DNA of 64,000 bases from an uncultured Alphaproteobacteria bacterium (GCA_963724715.1 CAVRVV010000009.1:2060578-2124577); one strand, 5' to 3'; positions 52,519 through 61,412 are shown, counted from the first letter of the stretch. Notes: generated by a model not told the origin, from the sequence alone. Translations and numbers: made by a program.

Positions 52519-52811
52519 GTTCTTCCTCCAAAAGGCGGATTTTCTATTGATAACTCTCGGCACCGGTCGGGTCTTGGGCTTGAAAGTTTTGGACTTGAAA
52601 GCCTCTGACCTGACGCGACAGTGTCGGGCACAGGATGCCCTGCTTTGGCACCTGTGAAAAGAGAGCGTGGCAATGTGCCCTGTTTTGCCCGCCGTATGGT
52701 CAACGGCAGTGGGCAAAGACCCCCTTGTCGGCGGGCCTATCCGGGAACTATGCTATGACTATATTTCGTGCTGTGCGGCCGGCCTAAAGACCGGCCCGAA
52801 AGGGAACGACC

Positions 52812-52889
52812 ATGGCGTGGACAACTCCGACCCTCGTCGAAATCTGCATCGGCCTCGAGATCAACGGCTATCTGCCGGCCGAGTTCTGA
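52812..52889 (+). CDS. pqqA: coenzyme PQQ precursor peptide PqqA (25 aa)
   Basis: Translated by hand as MAWTTPTLVEICIGLEINGYLPAEF, with the conserved E-x3-Y (EINGY). An AAGGGAA SD lies upstream and pqqB follows 30 nt downstream. It is too short for the supplied ORF track. Confidence 0.9.
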   Translation: MAWTTPTLVEICIGLEINGYLPAEF

Positions 52890-52918
52890 TCAGCTACCCG
52901 TTTCTGCCAACCCCTTGA

Positions 52919-53836
52919 ATGGGGCGCCTTGCCGCCATCGTTCTCGGTGCCGCGGCAGGCGGCGGCTTTCCGCAATGGAATTGCCGGTGTGCCGTCTGTC
53001 GCTTGGCCTGGGCTGGCGACAAACGAGTCAAACCACGCACCCAAGCGAGCCTCGCCGTTTCGGCTGACGGCGAGCATTGGATCTTACTCAACGCTTCGCC
53101 CGACCTGCGCGCGCAAATCCAGGCCAACCAAAACCTGCATCCGCGCGGCCAAGCACACGACAATGCGCGCGGCAGCCCGATCGCCGCCGTGGTGCTGACC
53201 GGCGCCGAGATCGATCAGACCGCTGGCCTGCTCAGCCTGCGCGAGCGTTCGCCGTTCAGGCTGCACGCGACCGCCGCGACCTTGGCCGCGATCGCCGACA
53301 ATCCGATGTTTGCCGCGCTCGCGCCCGACGTGGTCGCGCGCCACGCCGTGGTTCCGGGCCAGCGCTTTGCGCTCGGCTTTGGCATCGAGGCGGAACTCTT
53401 CATCGTGCCGGGCAAGGTGCCGCTTTATCTGGAAGGCGACGATCCTAACACCGCAAGCGAAAGCGCCGCCAATGTCGGCGTCGAGATTTTTAACGGCACC
53501 TCGCGGCTCGCTTTTGTGCCGGGCGCGGCCGCCATCACGCCCGCGGTGATGCAGCGCCTGGCGCGGGCCGATGTGATTTTCTTCGACGGCACGCTGTTCG
53601 CCGACGACGAGATGATCGCGACCGGCACCGGAGAGAAGACCGGCCGGCGCATGGGCCACATGCCGCTCGACGGCCCGGACGGCTCGCTCGAGGCGCTGGC
53701 CGGCTTGCGCGCACGCCGCATCTTCGTGCACATCAACAACACCAACCCGATCCTGATCGACGGCTCGCCCGAGCGCGGGCGCGTCGTCGCAGCGGGCTGG
53801 GAAATCGCGGAAGACGGCCTGGAGGTCGTGTTGTGA
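52919..53836 (+). CDS. pqqB: PQQ biosynthesis protein B
   Basis: The motif LGAAAGGGFPQWNCRCAVC and the metallo-beta-lactamase-like fold are present. Confidence 0.9.
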   Translation: MGRLAAIVLGAAAGGGFPQWNCRCAVCRLAWAGDKRVKPRTQASLAVSADGEHWILLNASPDLRAQIQANQNLHPRGQAHDNARGSPIAAVVLTGAEIDQTAGLLSLRERSPFRLHATAATLAAIADNPMFAALAPDVVARHAVVPGQRFALGFGIEAELFIVPGKVPLYLEGDDPNTASESAANVGVEIFNGTSRLAFVPGAAAITPAVMQRLARADVIFFDGTLFADDEMIATGTGEKTGRRMGHMPLDGPDGSLEALAGLRARRIFVHINNTNPILIDGSPERGRVVAAGWEIAEDGLEVVL

Positions 53837-54561
53837 CGCTGATGACGCCGCAGGAGCTGGAAGCCGCGCTGCGCGACATCGGCGCGCGGCGTTATCACCG
53901 GCTGCATCCGTTCCACAAACTCTTGCATGGCGGCGAATGCAGCAAAGGCCAAGTCCAAGCCTGGGCACTCAACCGCTACTATTACCAGGCGATGATCCCG
54001 ATCAAGGACGCAAGCCTGATCGCGCGCTGCGAGGATCAGGCGACGCGGCGCGAATGGCGCAGCCGCCTCATCGATCACGACGGCGAGCGCGACGGCGAAG
54101 GCGGCATTGCGCGCTGGCTCAAACTCACCGACGGGCTCGGGCTCGACCGCGATGACGTGATGTCACTGCGCGGGCTGTTGCCGGCGACGAAATTCGCAGT
54201 CGAGGCCTATGTGCATTTCGTGCGCGAAAAAACGCTGCTCGAAGCCATCGCGTCGTCGCTCACCGAATTGTTCTCGCCGCAAATCATCAGCGAGCGCATC
54301 GACGGCATGCTCAAGAGCTACGACTTCGTCACGGCGGAGACGCTGGCTTATTTCTCGCAGCGCCCGCCGCTGGCCGAGCGCGATTCGCGCTTTGCGCTGG
54401 ATTACGTCAAGCGCCATGCGCGCACGCCCGGCGAGCAGCAACTGGTCCTGGCCGCGCTCGAATTCAAATGCGACGTGCTATGGGCGATGCTGGACGCACT
54501 CTATCATGCCTATGTGGCGCCGGGCCACATCCCGCCTGGCGCCTTCGTGCCCAAAGAATAG
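53833..54561 (+). CDS. pqqC: pyrroloquinoline-quinone synthase
   Basis: It reads RYHRLHPFHKLLHGG..QVQAWALNRYYYQ. The GTG at 53833 overlaps the pqqB stop, with an alternative ATG at 53842. Confidence 0.9.
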   Translation: MTLMTPQELEAALRDIGARRYHRLHPFHKLLHGGECSKGQVQAWALNRYYYQAMIPIKDASLIARCEDQATRREWRSRLIDHDGERDGEGGIARWLKLTDGLGLDRDDVMSLRGLLPATKFAVEAYVHFVREKTLLEAIASSLTELFSPQIISERIDGMLKSYDFVTAETLAYFSQRPPLAERDSRFALDYVKRHARTPGEQQLVLAALEFKCDVLWAMLDALYHAYVAPGHIPPGAFVPKE

Positions 54562-54579
54562 AAAAGGGAATAGAGAGCC

Positions 54580-54870
54580 GTGAGCGAAGCGCCGCCTGCG
54601 ATACCGGCCGATGCCCGCCCGCGCCTGCCGCGCGGCGTCCGGCTGGTGCACAGCGAGGCGCAAGGCGGCTGGGTGCTGCTGGCGCCCGAGCGCGTGTTCA
54701 AGGCCGACACCATTGCGGTCGAGATCGTCAAGCGCTGCACCGGCGAGGCGACGCTCGACGCGATCGTCGATGATCTGGCCAAAACCTTCAACGCGCCGCG
54801 CCAGCGCATTCTTGCCGACGTGACCACGATGTTACGCGGGCTCGCCGACAAGAAGCTGTTGGAGCTGTGA
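54580..54870 (+). CDS. pqqD: PQQ biosynthesis peptide chaperone
   Basis: 96-aa ORF with a GTG start, reading [40 protein letters not shown]. Confidence 0.88.
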   Translation: MSEAPPAIPADARPRLPRGVRLVHSEAQGGWVLLAPERVFKADTIAVEIVKRCTGEATLDAIVDDLAKTFNAPRQRILADVTTMLRGLADKKLLEL

Positions 54871-55958
54871 TGGCGGCGAACGGGACCATGCGTTTGCACA
54901 CCCCGCTCGGTCTCCTCGCCGAGCTGACACACCGTTGTCCGCTTGGCTGCCCTTATTGCTCCAACCCGCTCGTACTCGATCCGCGCGACGACGAGCTCGA
55001 TACCGCGACGTGGGCGCGGGTGTTCGGCGAGGCCGCGGCGCTCGGCATCTTGCAGGTCCATCTCTCCGGCGGCGAGCCGGGCGCGCGGCGCGATGTGGTC
55101 GAGATCACCGCCGCCGCGCATCGCGCCGGCCTTTACACCAACCTGATCACCTCGGCGGTCGGCATTACGACCGACACGCTGCGCAAGCTTGCCGATGCCG
55201 GGCTCGACCACGTGCAGATTTCGATCCAGGACAGCACGCAAAAGAGCGCCGACCACATCTCCGGCTATGACGGCGCCTTCGTCCGCAAGCGCGCGCTCGC
55301 CGCCGAAGTCGTGGCTTTGAAAATTCCGCTCACGGTCAATGTCGTGGTGCACCGCGCCAACATAGACCGCGTCGAGGAGATGGTCGCGCTGGCGCTTTCG
55401 CTCGGCGCCAGCCGGGTCGAGATCGCGCATGTGCAATATTACGGCTGGGCGCTACGCAACCGCACGGCGCTAATGCCGAGCGCCGCGCAGGTCGAGCGCG
55501 CCGCCGCCGTGGTCGAGGATTTGCGCAAACGTCATCACGGCGAGATCGTCATCGACGCCGTGGTGCCGGATTATTATGCGCGGCTGCCAAAACCGTGCGT
55601 CGGCGGCTGGGGCCGGCGCTCGCTCAACGTGACGCCCGCCGGTAAAGTGCTGCCGTGCCATGCCGCCGAGTTTATCCCGGGCCTCGAATTCTGGTCGGTG
55701 CGCGAGCATTCGCTGGCCGATATCTGGAAGAATTCGCCGGCCTTCAACGCCTTCCGCGGCACGTCTTGGATGAAACAACCGTGCAGGAGCTGCGACCGGC
55801 GTGACATCGATTTCGGCGGCTGCCGCTGCCAGGCCTTTGCGCTGACCGGCGACGCCGCCGCCACCGATCCGGTCTGCCATCTTTCGCCGCGCCATGATGA
55901 GGTCGCGGCGCTTGCGGCAGTGCAGGACGACGCGCCTTACGCCTATCGGCGCATGTGA
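54867..55958 (+). CDS. pqqE: PQQ biosynthesis radical SAM/SPASM protein
   Basis: It has the CPLGCPYC radical SAM motif and a C-terminal Cys-rich SPASM region. Start is the GTG at 54867 or the ATG at 54870, both overlapping the pqqD stop. Confidence 0.9.
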   Translation: MMAANGTMRLHTPLGLLAELTHRCPLGCPYCSNPLVLDPRDDELDTATWARVFGEAAALGILQVHLSGGEPGARRDVVEITAAAHRAGLYTNLITSAVGITTDTLRKLADAGLDHVQISIQDSTQKSADHISGYDGAFVRKRALAAEVVALKIPLTVNVVVHRANIDRVEEMVALALSLGASRVEIAHVQYYGWALRNRTALMPSAAQVERAAAVVEDLRKRHHGEIVIDAVVPDYYARLPKPCVGGWGRRSLNVTPAGKVLPCHAAEFIPGLEFWSVREHSLADIWKNSPAFNAFRGTSWMKQPCRSCDRRDIDFGGCRCQAFALTGDAAATDPVCHLSPRHDEVAALAAVQDDAPYAYRRM

Positions 55959-56088
55959 CGCGCGGACGACGCGCGATCAATAATTCGCCAAATCGTGCGC
56001 GACCCGATTGCACCTAGGGGTCGAAATGTCGGACACTGCCATCAAGGAAGCCGGCAGGGACCGGACTTCCGCACTCGGGAGGAATGTT

Positions 56089-57477
56089 ATGACTCGACGC
56101 GTACCGCGCGGCACGTTGCTTGCCGCGACACTCGCACTTCTAGCCACCACGGCGCTGGCCCAACAACAGCAAGAAACGCCCGCGCAAGCGCCCGCTCCTG
56201 CCGCAATGCCGGCCCCAGCGCCCGCTCCAGAGCCAACACCGGCTCCGGCTGCGACGCCCGCACCTGCTCCAGCACCTGCTCCCGCCGCCACCGCACCCGC
56301 GCCTGCTGCTCCGGCCGCCGCGGCGCTCCCGCCCGGCTCGCCGCTGATCGGCCGCCCGGACTCCAACCCGGCCGCCGCAAAACTCGCGCCGGTGCCGGCG
56401 CCGCCGCTTGCCACCGCGGAGAACAAGCTGCCGCTCGACAAGCTGAAAGCGCCTAAGGGTTTCAACATCGAGGTCTATGCCAGCGGCATGCCTAACGCGC
56501 GCTCGATGGCGCTCAGTGAAAAAGGCACGATCTATGTCGGCTCGCGCCTGCAGGACAAGGTCTATGCCATCACCAACAAGGACGGCAAACGCCAAGTCCA
56601 TGTGCTGGTGTCCGGCCTCTATCGCCCGAACGGCGTCGCCTACAAGGACGGCACGCTCTACATCGCCGAGCTGTCGCAGATTTCCAAGATCGAGCACGTC
56701 GAAGACCAGATCGACAAGTCGCCGAAGCCCGTCGTCATCTACAAGGATCTGCCCAAGGACGAGGCGCACGGCTGGAAATTCTTGGCCATCGGCCCGGACA
56801 ACAAGCTCTATGTCGAAGTCGGCCAGCCCGGCAACAACGTCCTGCATGACAAGGATCACGGCCAGATTCGCCGCCTGAACCTCGACGGCACGGGCGCCGA
56901 AGTCGTCGCGTTCGGCGTCCGCCACTCGGTTGGCTTCGACTGGAATCCGAAGACCAAGGAACTCTACTTCACCGACAACGGCCGCGATTGGCTGTCGGAA
57001 GATATCCCTAACGACGAGCTCAACCGCGTCACCAAGGTCGGCCAGGATTTCGGCGCGCCGTATTGCTATCAAGGCAATATTGCTGACCCCGAATTTGGCT
57101 GGGGCCACAGCTGCAGCGAATTCGTGGCGCCAGTCGCGCTGATGGGTCCGCACGCCGCAGCGCTCGGCATGCGGTTCTACACCGGCTCGATGTTCCCTGC
57201 TGAATATCGCGACCAGATATTCGTCGCCCGCCACGGCTCGTGGAACAGGAGCAAAAAGTTCGGCGGCGACATCGCGCTGGTCAAGCTCAACAAGGACGGT
57301 TCCGTGAAATCGGTGGAACCGTTCATCACCGGCTTCCTGCAGCCCGACAACAACTACGTCGGACGACCGGTCGACGTGATGAACATGCCGGATGGCTCGA
57401 TGCTGATCTCCGACGACTGGAACGGCGCGATTTGGCGCCTCACCTACGGCCCGAGCAAAAAAGTCGCGGGCCGCTAG
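56089..57477 (+). CDS. PQQ-dependent sugar (glucose/sorbosone) dehydrogenase, soluble beta-propeller type, with a long Pro/Ala-rich N-terminal linker
   Basis: ORF 56008..57477 trimmed to the ATG at 56089, which has a GGGAGG SD. It has a signal peptide, a roughly 80-aa P/A-rich region, then YRPNGVAY, HGWKFLAIGPD, GVRHSVGFDW, FTDNGRDW and HGSWNRS. Confidence 0.85.
   Translation: MTRRVPRGTLLAATLALLATTALAQQQQETPAQAPAPAAMPAPAPAPEPTPAPAATPAPAPAPAPAATAPAPAAPAAAALPPGSPLIGRPDSNPAAAKLAPVPAPPLATAENKLPLDKLKAPKGFNIEVYASGMPNARSMALSEKGTIYVGSRLQDKVYAITNKDGKRQVHVLVSGLYRPNGVAYKDGTLYIAELSQISKIEHVEDQIDKSPKPVVIYKDLPKDEAHGWKFLAIGPDNKLYVEVGQPGNNVLHDKDHGQIRRLNLDGTGAEVVAFGVRHSVGFDWNPKTKELYFTDNGRDWLSEDIPNDELNRVTKVGQDFGAPYCYQGNIADPEFGWGHSCSEFVAPVALMGPHAAALGMRFYTGSMFPAEYRDQIFVARHGSWNRSKKFGGDIALVKLNKDGSVKSVEPFITGFLQPDNNYVGRPVDVMNMPDGSMLISDDWNGAIWRLTYGPSKKVAGR
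56176..56415 (+). repeat. low-complexity Pro/Ala-coding tract inside the dehydrogenase gene
   Basis: The translation is TPAQAPAPAAMPAPAPAPEPTPAPAATPAPAPAPAPAATAPAPAAPAAAALPP...PVPAPPLA. Confidence 0.85.
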
Positions 57478-57555
57478 AACCGGTCGTCGCAAGCGAAGTT
57501 GACGAGACGGTCGAGGGCGATGTTCGCCCTCGACCTGTTTTACGGGAGGCATTTG

Positions 57556-58125
57556 ATGCGCAGCTTCGCCGCGGTTTTGGCGCTTGTATGCATTGCGGCG
57601 CTTCCGGTATCCGCGCAGACGGTGAAGGAGCGGCTGCCGACCTGCCTCGCCTGCCACGGCGAGAACGGCCAGTCGCAAAACGAAAACGTGCCGTCGCTCG
57701 GCGCCCAGCAGGCGTTCTACGTCACCGTCCAGCTCCTGATGTTCCGCGAAAAGATGCGCGTCGCCGATCCGATGAACGACATGACGAAGGGGCTGTCCGA
57801 CGACGGCCTGCAAAACTTCGCCGACATTATTTCGAAGCTGCCGGCGCCGCAGCCCGCCGCCGGCCCGGTGGACGACGCCCGCATGGCGCGAGCGCAGGTC
57901 CTGGTGCAGCAAAACCGCTGCAACTTCTGCCATTTGCCGGATTTTTCCGGCCAGCAGAACGTTCCCCGCATCGGCGCCCAGCGCGAGGAGTATCTGGTCA
58001 AGGCGCTGCGCGGCTACAAGGACAATTCGCGCCACGGCTACGACTCGTCGATGGCCGACGTCATCGCGCCGATCACCGATGCGCAGATTCTCGACCTCGC
58101 CTATTACGTCGCGCGGGCAAAGTAG
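57556..58125 (+). CDS. dihaem c-type cytochrome (cytochrome c4-like)
   Basis: ORF 57499..58125 trimmed to the ATG at 57556, which has a GGGAGG SD. It has a signal peptide and two CxxCH motifs (CLACH and CNFCH). Confidence 0.85.
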   Translation: MRSFAAVLALVCIAALPVSAQTVKERLPTCLACHGENGQSQNENVPSLGAQQAFYVTVQLLMFREKMRVADPMNDMTKGLSDDGLQNFADIISKLPAPQPAAGPVDDARMARAQVLVQQNRCNFCHLPDFSGQQNVPRIGAQREEYLVKALRGYKDNSRHGYDSSMADVIAPITDAQILDLAYYVARAK

Positions 58126-58280
58126 CGGGACGCCTCTTTCCGACCATCGCCATCGAACCAAAGCTGCGTCGAAGCCGCGCACGCCCCGCATTGGTCTTGC
58201 GATAGGCTCGGAATACGGTTGATTATCGATACAATCGGCCGTTGTCGCCGCATATCGATGAATGATCCCGGGGAGGCTTT

Positions 58281-59255
58281 ATGATTTTCGCACGTGCGCT
58301 CGCGGTTTTTGCCGCCTTTATTTTGCTGAGCGGCGCCGCCGCGGCGCAGACTTATCCCGATCACCCCATCACGCTCCTGGTGCCGTTCCCGCCCGGCGGC
58401 GCCACCGACGCCATCGCGCGCATCATCCAGGACCCGATGCAGAAATCGCTCGGCCAGCCGATCGTGGTCGAGAATATCGGCGGCGCCGGCGGCATGATCG
58501 CCGCCGACAAGGCGGCGCGCGCCACGCCCGACGGCTATACGTTCCTGATCCACCAGGTGGCGCTGGCGGCCGGCATGGCGCTTTACCCAAATCTCAATTT
58601 CGACGCCGAAAAGAATTTCGTCACTATCGGCCTCATCAACACCGCCGCTTCGACCTTGGCCGGCCGGCCGACTTTGCCGGCCAACAACTTCGCCGAGCTG
58701 TTGCGCTGGATGAAAGAGCCCGGCCAGAACATCAAGATCGGCCATGCCGGCGTCGGCTCCTATGCGCATCTGGCCGGCGTGCTGATCGCGCAAGAGCTCG
58801 GCATCAAGGTGACGCAGGTGCCCTATCGCGGCGCCGGCCCGGCGCTGGTCGACCTGTTGTCGAGCGAAGTGGATCTGGAATCGCAATCGGCCGTGGTCTC
58901 CGGTCAACTGGTCAGGGACGGCAAGCTCAAGGCCTACGCCGTCATCGGCCGCAACCGCTTTGCCGGCCTGCCGGACCTGCCGACCATGGGCGAGCTCGGC
59001 TACAAGAAGCTCGACATCGATTTCTGGCACATGCTGCTGGCGCCGACCGGCACGCCGCGCCCGGTCATCGACAAGCTCAATGTCGCGCTGCGCGCCGCGC
59101 TGGCCGATGCCAGGGTGCAAAAGACCTTTGCCGACGGCGGCATGGAAGAATTCCCCGCGGCCGACGAAACCCCCGAGGCCGCGGCCGCGCTGCTGTCGCG
59201 CGAGATAAAGCTGTGGGGCGGCGTGATCCGCGATAATCATATCGCGGCGCAGTAG
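58281..59255 (+). CDS. TctC/Bug family substrate-binding protein 6
   Basis: 324-aa ORF reading AQTYPDHPITLLVPFPPGGATD. Confidence 0.88.
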   Translation: MIFARALAVFAAFILLSGAAAAQTYPDHPITLLVPFPPGGATDAIARIIQDPMQKSLGQPIVVENIGGAGGMIAADKAARATPDGYTFLIHQVALAAGMALYPNLNFDAEKNFVTIGLINTAASTLAGRPTLPANNFAELLRWMKEPGQNIKIGHAGVGSYAHLAGVLIAQELGIKVTQVPYRGAGPALVDLLSSEVDLESQSAVVSGQLVRDGKLKAYAVIGRNRFAGLPDLPTMGELGYKKLDIDFWHMLLAPTGTPRPVIDKLNVALRAALADARVQKTFADGGMEEFPAADETPEAAAALLSREIKLWGGVIRDNHIAAQ

Positions 59256-59265
59256 CGCGAGCCGC

Positions 59266-59532
59266 TCAGGCATCGGCGAGGTGGTGCAAGCGGTGCACCA
59301 CGTTGCGCAGCGTCTTGGGTTTCTTCTTGGTCAGGCGCCAGAGCTTTTCGTAGCAAGCGCTCGGTTCGTCGCCGCAGCACGTGCGCGCGCGCAGGCATCG
59401 TTTGTTGCGGAAATGGCGAAACAATCCGAACAGGTCGCACTGCGCGCGCTTGACGAAATCTTCGCGCGCCTTGCGCGGCAACGCCTGCCACTGTCCGCGC
59501 GTCAGCCGTCCGGGATAATTGCGTTTGGGCAT
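59266..59532 (-). CDS. small basic Cys-rich protein, function unknown
   Basis: 88-aa ORF with a strong AAGGAG SD 7 nt upstream. It has five Cys residues (including CC) and many Arg/Lys. No family is recognised. Confidence 0.6.
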   Translation of the reverse strand: MPKRNYPGRLTRGQWQALPRKAREDFVKRAQCDLFGLFRHFRNKRCLRARTCCGDEPSACYEKLWRLTKKKPKTLRNVVHRLHHLADA

Positions 59533-59606
59533 GGAAACTCCTTTCTCTCTTTCATTCTGCTTCGCGGTAACGCGTAACGCGGTGAGAAGATGGCGACGCC
59601 GTCTTC

Positions 59607-59750
59607 ACCTTCCCCTGGAGGGGGAAGGTCGACGCGCGAAGCGCGGCGGGTTGGGGTGAAAGCGCGCGCAAGCGCGCTGCGACTCCCTGCATCGCCGCGC
59701 ACCCCACCCCGCGCACCTGCGGTGCGCGACCCTCCCCCTGCAGGGGAGGG
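59607..59750. repeat. REP-like palindromic element, family A, copy 3
   Basis: ACCTTCCCCTGGAGGGGGAAGGT, CGCGCGAAGCGC, a G-tract, then CCCTCCCCCTGCAGGGGAGGG. Confidence 0.75.
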
Positions 59751-59842
59751 TGAAAACGCGATCCCGTTCTCGCGACGCCAGCGCGCCCGAGTTTTGCCGA
59801 CCAAAGCCACAAAGCTTTTGCCTCCAAAAAATAAGGGGAGGC

Positions 59843-59961
59843 GGAGCGCCGAAAAGGCGCAACTGTCCCGTGGGGCCGTGCCACGCATCGGATGTTGCCA
59901 TCCAAATGCGCCTCGGGCGCGGCCGCGCGTCCAGCGGGACGCGCTCGCCTTTCGGCGCTCC
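59843..59961. other. long-range inverted repeat with an internal hairpin in a gene-free gap (possible structured RNA or MITE remnant)
   Basis: GGAGCGCCGAAAAGGCG at 59843-59859 pairs with CGCCTTTCGGCGCTCC at 59946-59961. The inner hairpin GCGCGTCC-AGCG-GGACGCGC is at 59925-59944. Confidence 0.45.
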
Positions 59962-60432
59962 ACCGCGGTTCTTGCTTCGGCCATATGCCGAAACTCAATC
60001 CAGGCCGCGCTTCACGCGATGCAGCGCGAAGGAGTTACCTCCACCTTGGCATCGCGCTTAAGCGAAGCACCTCGCGCGCCGGTCGTAATGCCGGCGGGGT
60101 CGATGCCCGGACCGCCCGGGAGCGGCAGTGACGAGCCGCCGCCCGCAGGAACCGCACCCGCCCCGTCAGTCGGCGTCACCGGTTGACGTTCCTTACGTGA
60201 GCGAGATGCCGCGCTTGTCAGCAAAAACGCACGCGGCGGTCAAGCGTCGTCGCCAAGTGACAATGCTTCGTCCGTGTAAGCCGCTGGAAAGCAATTTGTT
60301 TTGCGCGATCTCACAAAAGCGCGAGCGGCCATGGCGGAGCACCACCATGTCGGTCGTCCTATTTCACCGGCAAAGATTCGCAAGGCAGTAACCGTGCTAA
60401 CATCCGCTACCAACGCTGGGAGGGGAAACGCC

Positions 60433-61410
60433 ATGAAGCTGCACCGCCGTCGCATTCTTCAACTGGCAGCAGGCGCTGCCGCCGTGCCGGTCCTGCCGCG
60501 TGCCGCGGCGGCGCTGGATTATCCGACGCGGCCGGTGCGTCTCATTGTCGGCTACACGGCGGGCAGTGCGCCCGACATCACCGCGCGCCTGATCGGGCAA
60601 GCGCTGTCGGATCGCCTCGGCCAGCAATTCGTCACCGAGAACAAGCCCGGCGCCGGCACCAATCTGTCGACCGAGGCCGTGGTCCGCGCCGCGCCGGACG
60701 GCTACACGCTGCTCGTGGTGGCGACGCCGAACACGCTCAGCGGATTGCTGCACGACAATCTCAGTTTCGATTTCATCCGCGATATCGCGCCGGTCGGCTA
60801 TATCGGCGCGACGCCGTTCGTCATGGTGGTGGCGCCGTCGTTCCCGGCGCAGACCGTCGCCGAGTTCATCGCTTATGCCAAGGCCAATCCCGGCAAGGTC
60901 AACATGGGTTCGAACGGCACCGGCAACCTCACCCATATTTCCGGCGAGCTGTTCAAGATGATGGCCGGCGTCGACTTGTTCCATGTGCCCTACCACGGCG
61001 AACTGGAGGCGCAGGCCGATCTGCTCGCCGGCCGCGCCCAGGTCATATTCAATCCGATCATCTCGTGCCTGGGCCAGATCAAGGCCGGCAAGCTCCGCGC
61101 GCTGGCAGTGACGACGCCGCAGCGTGTCGATCTCTTGCCCGGCGTGCCGACCGTGAGCGAGACCGTGCCGGGCTACGAGGTCACCGGCGGCCTGGGCATC
61201 GGCGCGCCGCGCGATACGCCGGCCGAGATCATCGACAAGCTCAATGGCGCGATCAAAGCCGGGCTGAACGACGATGCGGTGAAAGGCCGTCTGGTCGAGC
61301 TCGGCAACATCCCGATGGCGATGAGCCCCGCCGACTATCGCAAGCTGATCGCCGACGAGAACGCCAAGTGGAGCAAGGTGATCAAGTTCGCGGGGATTAA
61401 GCTCGGGTAA
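60433..61410 (+). CDS. TctC/Bug family substrate-binding protein 7
   Basis: ORF 60301..61410 trimmed to the ATG at 60433, which has a GGGAGGGG SD (MKLHRRRILQLAAGAAAVPVLPRAAAALDYPTRPVRLIVGY). Confidence 0.9.
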   Translation: MKLHRRRILQLAAGAAAVPVLPRAAAALDYPTRPVRLIVGYTAGSAPDITARLIGQALSDRLGQQFVTENKPGAGTNLSTEAVVRAAPDGYTLLVVATPNTLSGLLHDNLSFDFIRDIAPVGYIGATPFVMVVAPSFPAQTVAEFIAYAKANPGKVNMGSNGTGNLTHISGELFKMMAGVDLFHVPYHGELEAQADLLAGRAQVIFNPIISCLGQIKAGKLRALAVTTPQRVDLLPGVPTVSETVPGYEVTGGLGIGAPRDTPAEIIDKLNGAIKAGLNDDAVKGRLVELGNIPMAMSPADYRKLIADENAKWSKVIKFAGIKLG

Positions 61411-61412
61411 TG

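Noticed and set aside
52640-52700. A sigma-54 promoter (TGGCAC-like strings at about 52648 and about 52668) upstream of pqqA.
   Set aside because: Neither TGGCA string is followed by TTGC at the required spacing, so no -24/-12 pair is present.
56140-58191. Very long ORFs on the strand opposite to well-supported genes. Examples: 683 aa at 56140..58191 (-), 790 aa at 48887..51259 (+), 469 aa at 24719..26128 (+), 372 aa at 21305..22423 (-), and 356 aa at 267..1337 (-).
   Set aside because: These are typical high-GC antisense shadow ORFs. Their translations are Arg/Ala/Gly/Asp/His-rich with no family motifs. Each lies exactly opposite genes with clear family signatures, SDs and signal peptides.
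59590-60186. The 198-aa + strand ORF and several 60-160-aa ORFs within the 59.5-60.4 kb gap.
   Set aside because: Their translations are Pro/Arg/Ala-rich, run through REP family A copy 3, and lack SDs and family motifs. The region is treated as non-coding.
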